Assembly (NCBI GenBank): GCA_013239625.1 | Contig: MU053588.1 | Location: 211,988-275,987, forward strand | Origin: Lama guanicoe | Lineage: Eukaryota | Reading direction: 5' to 3' | DNA: 64,000 nt | In this document: positions 1 to 13,099 of the stretch, piece after piece | Position numbering within the stretch: the first letter of the stretch is position 1 | Layout of the letters: each line of letters begins with the position of its first letter | The notes under the pieces: model-generated | Told to the model about the DNA's origin: nothing | The model's input: only the letters and a program-made list of their open reading frames with translations | The model's database searches: none | Program-made: the position numbers and the translations under genes

Positions 1-816
1 GGGCGAGCCTTTCGCCAGCATTCACACCTCATCAGACATAAGAGGATGCATTCAGGAGAGAAGCCTTATGTTTGCAGGGAATGTGAGCAAGGCTTTAGCC
101 AGAAGTCACACCTCAGTAGACACTTAAGGACACACACAGGAGAGAAGCCTTATGTGTGCACAGAATGTGGGCGTCACTTTAGCTGGAAATCAAACCTCAA
201 GACACACCAGCGAACACACTCAGGGCTTAAACCTTACGTGTGCCTGGAGTGTGGGCAGTGCTTTAGCCTGAAGTCAAACCTCAACAAACACCAGAGGTCA
301 CACACTGGGGAGAAGCCATTTTTATGCAGGGAGTGTGGGAGAGCCTTCACCCGGAAATCAACCCTCATCACACACCAGAGGACGCACTCCGGGGAGAAGC
401 CATTTGTATGCAGGGAGTGTGGCCGAGGCTTTAACGATAAGTCAACCCTCATCTCACACCAGAGGACACACTCAGGGGAAAAGCCTTTCATGTGCAGGGA
501 GTGTGGCAGAAGGTTTAGCCAGAAGCCAAACCTCTTTCGGCACAAGAGGGCACACTCAGGTGATACACCCTTTGTGTGCAGGGAGTGTGGGCAAGGCTTT
601 TGTGATAAGTTAACTCTCATTACACACCAGAGGGCACACTCAGGGGGGAAGCCCCATGTGTGCAGGGAGTGTGGGCAGGGCTTTAGCCGACAGTCACACC
701 TAATTAGACACCAGAGGATACATTCAGGAGAGAAGCCTTATGTTTGTAGGAAGTGTGGGCAAGGATTTAGTCGGAAATCAAACCTTATCAGGCATCAGAG
801 AACACACTCAGGATAG
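1..816 (+). CDS. ZNF875: 3' part of the last exon of a C2H2 zinc-finger gene, probably ZNF875/HKR1 (partial; one partial and 9 complete fingers)
   Basis: Frame is open from base 1 ([17 protein letters not shown]) to TAG at 814-816. CRECGxGF-type fingers with SGEKPY linkers, ending [14 protein letters not shown]. Position upstream of ZNF527 fits the recalled human gene order. Confidence 0.8.
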   Translation, partial: GRAFRQHSHLIRHKRMHSGEKPYVCRECEQGFSQKSHLSRHLRTHTGEKPYVCTECGRHFSWKSNLKTHQRTHSGLKPYVCLECGQCFSLKSNLNKHQRSHTGEKPFLCRECGRAFTRKSTLITHQRTHSGEKPFVCRECGRGFNDKSTLISHQRTHSGEKPFMCRECGRRFSQKPNLFRHKRAHSGDTPFVCRECGQGFCDKLTLITHQRAHSGGKPHVCRECGQGFSRQSHLIRHQRIHSGEKPYVCRKCGQGFSRKSNLIRHQRTHSG

Positions 817-3143
817 AAACCTTGAGTGTGCAAGGAGTGTAGTGAAACCTTTAGCCAATAATCACCCTTCATGAGACACCAGAGGTCACACCCAAGGCTG
901 TGGCTTTAGTAAGAAATCCGCCATTGCCGGACACTAAAGCAGGGACATCTTATGTGTGATGGGAGTGCTCATGAGACTGTTAACTGTAAGGGTCAACGTC
1001 TCTAGCCCACCTGAAGAATTGCTGGCCCGTTTTCAGGAGCTCTGGCTTTCCCTAGTGGGGATGGAGGTTGTGGACAGCTCTCAGGTAACTTGATGGGGGA
1101 GAGTACTTCTTAAGTAAGTTGAAATGAGAGAATGGACACTATTCTAATGTTGTTTCCCAAGTATTCTTGAGCTCTCCTTCCACAGTAACCTGGATGTTAA
1201 GGAAACAACAGTTCTAGAGCTCATATTTAATGTCTGCCTGGCCTTCTGCGAACAAGAGGCTTGACAGAAACCATGGCTGATTTAATCTTAGTTCCCCAGA
1301 GCATAACCCAGCAGAGTCAGCTTTAGGGAGAGCTTGGGAAATGGTGAACTCATGGGGACAGAGAGAGTGCGTGGGTAGAAGGTTTTATTAGACAGAGGGC
1401 TGACAGGTAAGAAAGACTAACTATTGTAGCTCTAGGTTTGGGAAGAGGTGTCCATTTTTGGAAATACCGTACGTTTGCTCGCTTCCTGGGGCACTCTCTG
1501 GTTTCCAGGTTGAATCCATACTGAAGCTATTTTTATTAACTAGTGCATTTAGCCTAGAAATGTGTTATTTAGTGTTACGAAGAAAACGTGCACGTATATA
1601 CAGAAACACAAAATGAAATTACTTTCTATTCTTTGAATCACCATACAACATCCCATTAGTAATTATTTGGTTTAAATCTTTCCACCTGTTGTAAAATATA
1701 CTACTTTTTTGGTTGAGAATACTCTCTTTTTGAAAATGACCATGTCCCACAAATTCACTTAGGATTTTGTCCCAAGGCCCAGGTTTTTTTCATGAAACTT
1801 GACTAATGATTGTGAATTTTATTTGGAAAATAAAAATTTCCAAGAATGGGCAGGAAGTATAGGAATTGTATAATAACATACATCTTTTTATCTGTGTATA
1901 GGTGTTTAGAATAGATATTTAAAACCATAAGAAAACAAAATATATGAGTATTTAGAAAGTGGTGAAGCAGGATTTCAAGTACAAGATTCAGTGCTTGGAT
2001 CATTGACCCTCAATTTAGGGAAAGAAATAAAAGAGGTCCCCAAATTTCAACACCCAAAGGAGTGTGTTAGGGACTCACTATCTCAAATAGTATGAGGTGT
2101 AGAGTTTTACTTTTTGTTCAAAATCTGAGTTTGAGTGGAGTGAGCAGAACCTGGTGGAAAATTATGAAGTATTATCCTAGATGGAGCAAGTGCCATGGCT
2201 TTTCTTCTTCCTCTCTGTGGTAAATCCTGGCCTAATGCCCTTGCTCTTTCACAGCAGAAAAATACATTTTGTGTTTTAATCTCTTTGAGTCTTAGACTCT
2301 AATTATTCTTTTGCATAAAATCATGTGACAAAAAGAAGGATTCCAAAATTAAACGTGTACCATTTACTGCTTTTTAACTTTTAGAAGGAATATTTCAGTT
2401 TTCAGTGTAATCAGTACTTTAAAAAAAAAAAAAAGATTTTGCCCTGAAGTATTTAAAACTCTAAAAAGGGAAAAAAAAAAAAAAAAGAGCACTGCCAGTA
2501 TATGAAGAGTCAAGCAGATCCAAAGAGATACAAACCCTGGGAGACATTTCTGTGGAGCAGCAACCAAACAGAAGGACCTGGAAATGTTCTGAGAAAGGGG
2601 TAGAAAGAAGTCCCATCCTTTGGCCCTGTCCAGACCCACCTCTACTGATTCTTAAACCCACATAAGGCCTCCTGCCCGAGAGGAGACAGAATTGGGACAG
2701 GTAACCTGAGTTGTCCATCGGGGCCTAACATTAAAATCTGTGTGCAAATTTGGAAGCTGAATAGAAGGCAAACACGACATGGTATTCAGATAAGTCTTCT
2801 CAGTCATGTGTTTTTATTTTTTATTTTTTTCAATCTATGTCTGGATTACCAATCCACTAGTGCCCCCCACTTCATATCCTGAGGTGTTAGGTCTAGATGT
2901 TTAAAACAGACAGAAAAAGTGGCCCAGACCAACCGCTGCCCATCCTGCCAATCCTCTGGTAAGTAGTAGACTATAAAGCATGGAGAAGTTTTTGAAGAAA
3001 AGATGATAAACAGTATGAAACAATGAGTATTGCTTCAAATCCATTAAGCCTGTTATGGTCACCATTGAAATGTTCCAGATTAAAAAGAGTTTGCAGTAAA
3101 TTTTAATATAACTTTCATTTAATTCTGTTCTATTATTATGGAT

Positions 3144-4460
3144 CAGTGGTTCTCTGAGTGTGGTCAGAGGGTGTTTGGGGGCTCTTTCAAGTGATCTGCA
3201 TGGCCAAAACAAATTTCATTGTAACTCTTAAGGCATTGCTTGCTTTTTGTTGCTGCGCTGAAATTTGTGCTGATGGTGCAAAAGCAGCGTGGATAAAACT
3301 GCTGGCTTTAACATGAATCAAGGCAGTGTCACCAAATCGTACTTCTAGTTATTGTATTCTTTTCTTCCCCTGACTTGTGGTTAAAAAAAAAAGCCAATTC
3401 CACTTGAATAACATTCTTATTCATAAAATAGTAAAAATTTAATTTTGTTGAATTTTGACCTTTGAGTAAAACATTTTAAAATTATACTTTTAATTTTGAG
3501 ATAATTGTAGATTAACACACAGTTGTAAGAAGTTATATAGGGAGATCCCATGTACTCTGGCCGTTTTACTCCAATGGTAATGTTTTATAAAACAGCACTG
3601 TAATATCACAGTTAGGATACTAAAGTTGATCCAAACACATCTTTTAAAAATTTTATGTGATGAAAAGAGAAATACTCATAAAGTCCTTCATGTTGAAGTA
3701 TGAAGTTGTTTCAAGGAAATGCACTTCTATGATTGTTTTATTTGTGAGCCAAACCAGCTACCTTTTTATGGACATCAAATTTATTTGAAATATTAGGTGA
3801 CAGATTTTGAATAAGATGACTCAGACTTGGATATTTGATAGACATTTTATCAAAATTGAAGTGATTTTTAAACTGACAATAAAGAACACTGATAGTAATT
3901 CTTGTTAATTTGATTTTCAAGCAAAAAATTAGAATATCATGAAAAACAAGATATCGCCACCATGAACTTGACCCCCTCCCAATACTTAGTCCTTTGTGAT
4001 GAGATCGGTGATGCTAATAATGAATGTGATTTTATAATACCATATAATGAAATATGGCAATGAGAGATCTGCCTAATTCACTAAATCAATATTTTCCAAA
4101 TGATTAGTACATAATGCTGCAGTATCATCTGTGGGTATATTAAAGTATAAGATAGACAAATGGGTTTTAATTTAAGAGCTAAAAAGCCAGATTCCACATT
4201 ATAAGTAACCTTTAAAAAATTACCACTTGTTGCTTGTTGGTATAATATCAAAGAATAATATTGAGACAATTACTGAAAAGTTCATTAAAACACTTGTCCA
4301 TTTTCTAACTATATCTGTGTGAGGCCAGATTTTCCTTATTTATGTCAACAGATTAACTGTAGGAGCACGTATAAAATACTAGCTATATTCTGTTAAACTG
4401 GACATTGAAGAGATTTGCAAAAAGATAAAACAACACTTCTCACCTTTTTTTAGGGTGGAA
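3144..4460. mobile_element. hAT-Charlie (Charlie1-like) DNA transposon remnant, interrupted by an old L1 3' fragment at about 3475-3625
   Basis: Starts CAGTGGTTCTC (Charlie-type end). Contains degenerate transposase-like sequence TGATGGTGCAAAAGCA...AAAACTGCTGGC...AATCAAGGCAGTG. Confidence 0.7.
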
Positions 4461-5929
4461 AATGTTCAAACCCAAGTAAAACTGAAACACTTTACTTTTC
4501 ACCTTTAAGTGTATTGTTTCTAGATGTTTATGGTCTATAACCCACAGTGGAAAACACTTCACTGTCACATACACCAGAAAAAAAAAGTTATATTCTAATA
4601 CCTAAACTACTATTAACATCTATGCTTTATATAATTTAAACTAGGCATAGAAGAAACAAATGCAGAGAAAATGCTTGTTAACACCTACTGACGGAGGTAA
4701 ACCTGCCATGCTGCTCTATCGAGACAAAACAGGAACTTGGGGGATATTCATTTCTAGAACTAAATGATATAATTACTTAATCTCCTCCATGCTTGTGGCT
4801 GTGTGTCTCTTTCTGAATATTCTTGCCAATTATGTTTTTCTATTTTTTAATCTTTCCTTTGTAATGTATCTTTTTATATCTACATTTTTAAATCAAAGAA
4901 GCAGCTTTATGCTTTTAATCATTTCTTTAGTGTGTCTTTTTATTTTATATTTTGTTAATTTCTGGTAATATTTACTAATTTCAAGCTAATTTCCTTTTTA
5001 TTGTATTGTTTTTCAAGCTTATTTAATCAATTTGGTTTATATATCATCTTTTTACTATTCTGAAAGTTCATTTCTAAATGGTACATATTTCTCATTTTAT
5101 TTTCCCTTTTAGACAAGAATTACTGTTTCAAAAAGTGCTTACAAATGGCTAGTTGGCTATATTTATTTTTACAAGATCCTAGTATTTAGCTTTTTATGTT
5201 ATAGCATTGTAATCAATGTATTTTGTGATTTCTTCCATTTTAATTCATGAAGTTTAGTTTTGAATGTGATCAAGCTCTGAATCTTAAAGCAAATATTTAA
5301 TGTGTGAGTGTATATACCTATTTTAATAATATACCAAAATTAACACAAAAGTTTATAAAATTTGATGTTTTTCAATATAGTTATTTTATTCTCCTGTTGT
5401 TTTGATTAATGATCTATCTTTACTTTTATTTATTAATTTATATTATATGTTTAGCACATGTAAAGTTAGTGATATAAATGTAAATATAAATATTATTAAT
5501 AGAACAAATGCCATTATGTTCACCCCAGCAGAAGAAATAAGCCTTATTATTTTTAAAAATAATTATTTTTAAAAACTTAGTACTTAAATTTCTATAAGTG
5601 ATATAATAAATAAATTTATGATCATGTTAGGAAACATTTCTCCATGTTTTTCCATCCAATTTTGCCTAATACATTTCAAAGCTATTTTATTTAGCTCTAT
5701 GGAAATTAATAACATTTCTTCTTGATGAATTTTCCCTTCTAAAACCATGGAGCAACTTCAGGTCCCATTCAGTATTTCTAATTCGTCTGCTTTCAATAGT
5801 GTTGCACTTGCCTTTTTTGGTAGTATTTACTTTTTTAAGTAAAATTACTTTACTGCTTTTGGTAATATTTTCATTTTGATATTATTATTTTGTGAATAAA
5901 GTATTCACAAAGTAAGTATTTTAAACTTT

Positions 5930-6500
5930 GTATAGTACTGAAAGCCATAGTCAGACCAATTAGGTACGAAAGAGAAGTAAAAGTCATCTGAATTGAAAAG
6001 GAAGCAATAAAACTATCTCTATTTGCAGACAACATCATTCTATACATAGAAAATGTAGATGAATTCATTAAGAAACTACAAAAACCTAATATATAGGTTC
6101 AGTGAAGCTACAGAATACTAGATTAACATGCAAAAATTAGTTGTTATATCTCTACTTAACTGAATCATTTTGCTATGCACCAGAAAAGAACACAACATTG
6201 TAGAGCAAGTATACTGGAAAAAAAAAATCAGTTGTATTTTCATAGCCACCAAGGAACCATCAGAAAGGGAAATTGAGAAAACCATCCCATTTACAACAGC
6301 ATCAAAAAGAATAAAATACCTAAAAATAACTTTAACCAAGGAGGTAAAAAGACTTGTACACTGAAAACTGCAAAACAATAAAAAAAAAGAAAAGAAAAAC
6401 TATAAACCTATAAAATTTAAGAAGATCTTAATAAATGTAATGGTATCCCATGTTCATGGATTGAAAGACTTAATATTGGTAAGATGTCAATACTACCTGA
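5930..6500 (+). mobile_element. L1 ORF2 (RT region) fragment
   Basis: AAACTATCTCTATTTGCAGACAACATCATTCTATACATAGAAAAT encodes KLSLFADNIILYIEN, matching the L1 RT FADD motif region. [13 protein letters not shown] follows downstream. Confidence 0.85.
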
Positions 6501-7079
6501 AGAGAATTGGGTGAACTGGATTTGACTCAGAGGCTATTGTTTGTTGAACCCTAGTTTAACTTAAAATACTCTATTTCAGTATTTCAAAGTTAATAATTTA
6601 TATTCTGGGATAATTTTTGTCTTCCAATTTCCACATGATAGCCATAGTAATAATTTTCACATTGATTGCTTTTATAAAGGAAATTTTCACCAATTTCAGT
6701 ATTAAGGTATGGAGAAATCATTCTGGCTTACACATGATTTTGGTTGAACTTTATGCTAACTAGAACAGCCTGCCTTACAGTCTGTCAAACATGCATTTTG
6801 CACATCTGCTTTAACCATTAAAGAAATGAATGCATTTACCAGACCGCTTAGAGTGTCTACTTTGAAAACAGGGATAACGGCCTCCCCCATGATACTACTG
6901 CTAGTACTCCTTTGAAGATAAGTCTCCCTTCCCAGACACTAAGGTCATGCTGACGCACTATGTAGGTGCTAATCTGTCTCTTGAAACCTTAAAGGTATAT
7001 ACCTTTGTTGTGCTTGCTGTTTAATCTTTGTTCTGACAAGATTTAGAAGATTTAAGTTTAATAGTCCTATCTCCCCAGA

Positions 7080-7700
7080 GGCCTCAGATGCCACTTTTGC
7101 TTCCCGAGCCCCTGGGCCACCCACCCTCCAGGAATCGGACCAATGAGCCTGGAGCCCAGCAGCCCACATGACCGGCTCGAGCTTGGGCCTCGCCTACAGG
7201 GAGCTGGCACCCGGAAAGGGGTTCCCCAACCAGCCTTTATGCTGCAGGGGCACTCCGCGGGATTTCAAACTCTCGCGGTGCCAGAGGCCCCTTTCTTCCG
7301 ACTCCAGTACGGAAGTTAGGGCAGTCGGCCCCGTGGCGTCTCTCGAGGCTTGTTTCTTGGATCGGCTGAGGTCTGGGAAGCGCCAGCGTCTTCTCTCGCC
7401 GCATTTTGCGGCCGCGGACAGGCCCCTCTTCAGTTTGTGAAGCGGCCCTTTCTCCCAGCGCCTTTCCTTTCTCTTCAGTTCCTCCCATCTGCAGTTTGGA
7501 GATCTGTGCTCATGTCCAGGTAAAGCACTCAGGAAAATGTGAAAATGGCTGTGGGGCCCAGGAAAATTAGAATACACCTGAGTGTTTACTGATACTTCAT
7601 CGTCTCTGACATTTGGTGCATCCATTCCCTTCTCTGGCCGCGAGACGGCCTTGTGGTCAGTTCTGGTCCTGACCCCCACTGGTCTTGGAGCTCGCCCCGC
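7080..7700 (+). promoter_or_regulatory. Orphan CpG-rich promoter-like region with candidate first-exon donor at 7519/7520
   Basis: CpG-dense island in AT-rich flanks. CCAAT at 7141-7145, ETS motif CGGAAGT at 7310-7316, donor-like CAG|GTAAAG at 7517-7525. Confidence 0.6.
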
Positions 7701-8574
7701 TCCATCCGTGTGGAGTTTCACCAAGTGGCTTTGAACAGCATAGATGGAGCATTTAAAGAAAAATATAGGAAGGTCAGTGCTTGAATACCCAGTAGTAGAT
7801 GATGGCAGAGGATGGCAGGGATATCAGGGAGCCCACGGGCTGGAGAGGTAGGGGAGGACTTCCAGAGGGACGGGCAGACAAGAAGGATTTGGTAGGCTGG
7901 AGAAGACATGCCACTGGGAAAGAGGAGGGCAGGAAATGTGGTCATTCTCTGATGTGCCACACTGCCCTTGCCACAGTGTGGGAGAGTGTCATGGCCAACC
8001 TTATTTAAGGTTGTTGTGGGTTTTTTTTTAACATATCAGTTGAAGATACAGTAGCTGTACACATGTGGAACAGGGACGGGCTTGATTATGATGTTTGGGT
8101 GAGTTTTCAGCGTTAATAATAGGAAAATTTCACCTGAAAATCTGGATAATCTGCTTCTGTGTCAAAAAATCATTTTCCCTGTGCTTGGTCCACATTCTGG
8201 GTTGGCAGAATTTCCAGTTAGACGTGGCCTGTAAAGTCCACGTGTTACACTTCCTACCTTTTCCTTTGCTTCCCTGGACACTGTGGTGGGAACCACTGAA
8301 CAGAGCACACCCTCCCTGCCTCACTCCTTAATTTCCCAGCGTAGCTGGGGAAGTTTTTTTGGATTCATCACCTCTTAGTCTAGGTGGGGACAGGTCAGGC
8401 AGAGTCTGAATGCCAGGCTGAAGAATAGGGACCCTACTTTGGAGCAAACTGTGTTTTGAAGGTGTTTGAGAAAGGGTTTGATATGCTTAAATCAGTGATT
8501 TGGGTGAAGATAATAAAGGGGACTAAAGGACAAACTTTCTCATCCTGGGAATTTGTCCGTTTGATGAAATTAAA

Positions 8575-8701
8575 TTAACATTTATTGAACAAATATATGG
8601 ATAATACTTCTAGGCACTTCTATGTTGATTATCATTTAACATTTAACATTTATTGAACAAATATATGGATAATACTTCTAGGCACTTCTATGTTGATTAT
8701 C
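8575..8701. repeat. Perfect 59-bp direct duplication with 9-bp spacer
   Basis: 8575-8633 is identical to 8643-8701; spacer is ATTTAACAT. Confidence 0.95.
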
Positions 8702-8809
8702 TCCAGAAAGGATGCAGTGTCTTTTTTATGTGGAGTGGTTTAGTAGTTCAGATCTCCCTCAATTATACTGTATTCAGATATTTTGAAGAGAAAGAGCCCT
8801 TCACTTGAT

Positions 8810-8910
8810 CTTTTTTTTTAACCCCCTTGATGGATGCACTGGGGATTGAATCCAGGACCTGGTGCACGCTGAGCTTAGGGTCTACCACTGAGCTATACCC
8901 CCCAACCCCA
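8810..8910 (-). mobile_element. tRNA-Ala-derived SINE (camelid Vic-1-like)
   Basis: Reverse complement reads GGGTATAGCTCAGTGGTAGA...GGTCCTGGATTCAATCCCCAGT followed by an A tail. Flanking repeat CTTCACTTGAT at 8799-8809 and 8916-8926. Confidence 0.8.
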
Positions 8911-10739
8911 AAGCGCTTCACTTGATTTTAATCTGTTTTCTGTGGTGGAGATATACATGTTCCTGGATAGATTTAAAAGAATTGGTTTAGATGTCAGGTC
9001 AACACTAATAATTCCGAGTTCCTCATTTATAAAATATTTCATTCTTTTAGAGAATGAGTTTCCTGATTGATTTCTAGGAATTACAAATCAGGATATTTGA
9101 ATATTTGTTTCCTTTACCACTGAAATGTCAAAGATTAACTGATCCCAACATTAAAGTGCTGAGAACACATTTTAATTAGTAATATACTATTGCAGGAGAG
9201 GAAAGAGTCCAGGGTGAACTGAACTCCACTTCAATTTGTGCAGTGGTGATAGGGCATTTTGAAGGGAGATTGAGGGAGTAGGGTGGGGGGCTTCAGTAAG
9301 CGGGGGCTCAGTAGGATCAGGGAAGTGAAAATTTACAAAAAGAGGGCAGAGGGGTTGGGTTGGTCCATGTGAAACCCATTTGAGTTTGCAGTCTGAGCTT
9401 ATGGAAGTTAGACTCCTGCCCTCCCACAGAGACTGGGAGAGAGGGGCACTATCCTCAGGTGTTGGCTGGAACAAATAGTAAAATCTTTGTCACATGGTGT
9501 TTAAATAGTTGCAGAAATGTTGTCCTATGATTAAAGTGACAATAATTATATTTATCTTAGACAGATTTTCTGTGATGTCTATAAGTGCTTAGCTTCTTGT
9601 CTGAGCTGTAATAAATGTCCATTAATTGTCACCAAAAAAGATACTTGATGTTGATTGGAATGAACAATAGTTATAAGACATTTGTTGAATTTAAAATATT
9701 TATTAGCATAATTACTTAAATATGTACTCATTTTAGGCAGGAAATCCTTTTTACTGAGACCCATTTCATATTAAATAGGCTAATTAAGGTGCTTAATCTG
9801 TTTTACTTAATATGAAATAATTTCTTGCTAGATATTTTGTTTATGTTTTTGTTTTTACTGTGGAATATAGGAGCAGCCTCCTTTGTGCACAGGAATTTAT
9901 GTCTGGAACAAAAGATGTAGGATTCAATAAGAATGACTACTTTATTCATGTACACTTATGTCACAGAAATGGTCTTTTTTTGTTCTTTTTAATTCTAGAA
10001 AACATATTAATATTAACCAAGCAATCCACTAAAGTTCTTTAAGAAATTTGAAAATGCAGGCAAACATTAAAAAAAGAATCAGTTCTGCACCCAGCTTTCA
10101 GATACAGCTTTTAATATTTTCACATACATATTTGTACTTTTGTGTTTTTTCTTACATGGAAAAATCCTGCTCATAGTGTAACACATTTTTATACTTAAGA
10201 ATTTGTTAGTGTTATCCTGTTTATTAAACACATTCTTTAAACTATGAAACTGTATTTTTATGGCAATCAGTGTTTAGTGGCCGTGGATACACGGCAGTGA
10301 AACCACTGTTAAAAGTCTCTGCCATCAGGGAACATGCACTCTGCTGCCTCACTTCCGATGGGACAGTACTGTCACCTCGCCTGTATAGTGACTGATTTCA
10401 CCTGTCATCATCGGTAGACACTTAAATTATTTTCTGTATTTTGTGTTTGGAACCACGGCTCTGAACATCTTTTTAATGATATCCAGATGAGAGAGCATAT
10501 TTTCTTGATAGACGTTTGTGTCCCCATCTCATTCTGACATTTCCTTGCTGTGTGATTATTTCACATGACTAACCTCCCAGTGCTTCCATTTTCTCATCTA
10601 TAAGATAGCAGTAAGTGTTATCTGCCTTTAATATGTTCTTAACTTCTATATTCTAGTACTAGCAAAGACCTCTAAAGGGAACCTGGTATATAGTAAGCTC
10701 TTAATTAACTATTTGAGCGAGAAGTTATTGCCATCCTTT

Positions 10740-12560
10740 TATTCATTTGTTTTTTCCTACTGACATTACTGGTCATCGCTGGGGCCAGATACTTGTCTGG
10801 ACTGGGTGCTACATTTGTTGTAGTCTGTATTTTAATAGAAAATACAGGTAACACAGAGAGAAATAAAATATATGTCACATGTTGATACAATCTCTGGGAA
10901 AAAAATTCAAGCAAGAGAAGGACATAAAATCTGATAGAGGAATGCAGTTTCAGTAAGGTTGCCAGTAAATACGACCTTTGTGGAAGACATGAAGGAGGGG
11001 AGGGAGAAAGAAAAGTTTTGTCGTTCTTTCTGGATGTCTAGGGAAGTATTATTCCAAGTAGAAAAAAGAGTGATTTCAAATGCTCTGAAAGGAAGCTTTG
11101 TCTGGCTGTTACAAGACTCTCAAGGAGGGAGGAGGCTGCTGTGGCTCAAGTTGAATTTGCAAAGAAAGTAGGAGCTGAGGGCCTAGAGCTAATGTCAGGC
11201 CAAGTTTTGTAGAAGCTGGTAGACAGCTCCAGTGATGGTTATTTTTCTTCTCTAAGTGATTAGAGTGATTTGCCACTTGGAAACAGAAGAGTGCCATGAT
11301 TGGCTTGTATTTAAAAAGTAGCACTGTTTTAAAGGCTTATCTGTTAAAAATAAGGATCTGTGGGGAAAGTTAAAGTATAAAATTAGGAGGTTATTGCAAT
11401 AATCAAGTGATTACTATTAGTAGAGGTGTCAGGACTCTGGATATATTTTCACGGTAGAGCCAAAGTTTTCCCTGAAAAATTAGATGTGGGCTATGAGAAA
11501 AAGGCAAATCTAGAGTGGATTCCAAAGATTGCAGCCTGAGCAAATGGGAGGTGGAGTTGTCATTTGCTTAGGTGAAGGGACATTTGGGAGTGGACATTTT
11601 GGGAGGAATAAGAGCAAGAATTTAGTTTTAGTTAGGTTGATTTTCACATGCCTGTTACCCGAGAAGAGAGTAGTTTAGTGCTGGTACTGACATAGTGTCG
11701 CTCCCAGTGCAGCCTGGCGGTCAGAGCAGTCACAACTGAACAGGAGACAGACTCCATCAGTGGGAGGAGTGTTCAAATTTCCATGGCCATATTTCTTCCA
11801 CCACAGCGAGTTGTTGGGGGTTTCAGGCAAGCTAAGAATATGTTAAATATTTGTCAGTGGGAGTAGGAAACTTACTGGACTATAAAATAGAGTGTGTTTT
11901 GGGGAAAGACTGGGAGCCATCGCTTTCAGGTGAGAAAAGCCTGCTTGCTTGTTTTTCTTCAGTCATATGCAGTGTAGCAGCTGCAGGCATGAATCAGGAA
12001 TCAGTAATCAATAATCAAAATATCAAATAATTGAAAAATCAGTAATTTGCAATCAGAGATTGATATTTTTGCAAGATGAATGTGATGAAACGAGCATAAT
12101 AAGGGGATTGAAGATGTGAGTAGGTAATTGAAATGATGGAACATGGACATTGAGATAGGTAAGGAGGGGAGTGAAAATTAGGGGTGTTTTAGGCAGTGAA
12201 AACATGGTTGGAGCAGTGAACTGAAAATCTCAGCGGGATGGTTGAAGTCGTTTCAGTTAAGGTTTTCGGGACTGAGAAAGAAAAAAAAATCAGTGTTGGA
12301 TACTTAAAATTGAGATTATGGAAAATTGTTAATAATAACAAACAAATGCAACAAATGATATAGGGTGAGTGGCTGAGGTAGTCAATAGGATGAGAATATA
12401 GGGGGATGAGAGGTTATGGAATTGATAGATCAAGTTAATAAAACATGTATCTAGTTATATCTTGAAATCTCCATGAATTAAGACAGGAGTTGGGTTGGAG
12501 TAAATGACAGTGAGCCAGGAGTTACTTTCCTTGAGGAATAATGGGATTTGACCCTGGAAT
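10740..12560 (-). mobile_element. Degenerate L2 LINE segments
   Basis: L2-like stretches such as GAGGTTATTGCAATAATC, GGATATATTTT..GGTAGAGCC and GCCTGAGCAAATGGGAGGTGGAGTTG. Confidence 0.6.
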
Positions 12561-12924
12561 TTAGACGGCTGAATGCCAGTCTGCACTATAGGCCACCCTC
12601 ATCTCCCATGTGAAGGAATTTTAAAGCATTCAGGGTGTATAATATACACTTTTATTTTTTATTAAATCTTTAGTTTTGTTTGTCATTTGCTCTTTATTCA
12701 TATGTATAAAATATCTTTGTTCTTTAAAATATAGTAACCAATGTAGTTAAGGTAGAGTTTTAAAAACTAGGATTATTACAGACTTTTGTTGGAGCAGTTA
12801 ATACCATGAACACTACCATAGACAATGCTTAAATTAAGACTTTTTATTAATGCCCTTAATTAAAAGTTTTCTCTGTGATAACAGTGGTATGCACGATCAT
12901 ATTCATAAAGGTTTCTCATTTCAG

Positions 12925-13048
12925 GGGTTGGTGAATTTCAGTGATGTTTCCATTGACTTCTCTCAGGAGTGGTAATGTCTGGACCCTGCTCAGAGGGACT
13001 TGTACAAGGGTGTGATGTTGGAGACCTAGAGCAACCTGGCTTCAGTGG
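12925..13048 (+). pseudogene. Disabled KRAB-A exon
   Basis: After acceptor TTTCAG it reads [39 protein letters not shown]. Stops at 12973 and 13027, length 124 nt (127 minus one codon), donor position reads AT instead of GT. Confidence 0.9.
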
Positions 13049-13099
13049 ATAGGGATACTTTACTCTGAATTCAGAGAAGAACTACTGCCTTTTAATAAG

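Noticed and set aside
234..620. Antisense and shifted-frame ORFs over zinc-finger arrays (also 33660-34388 and 61747-63041)
   Set aside because: Expected by-products of the repetitive C2H2 codon pattern, with no independent gene signals.
6730..7070. Possible LTR next to the orphan CpG promoter
   Set aside because: LTR-like in texture, but no clear termini or TSD were identified.
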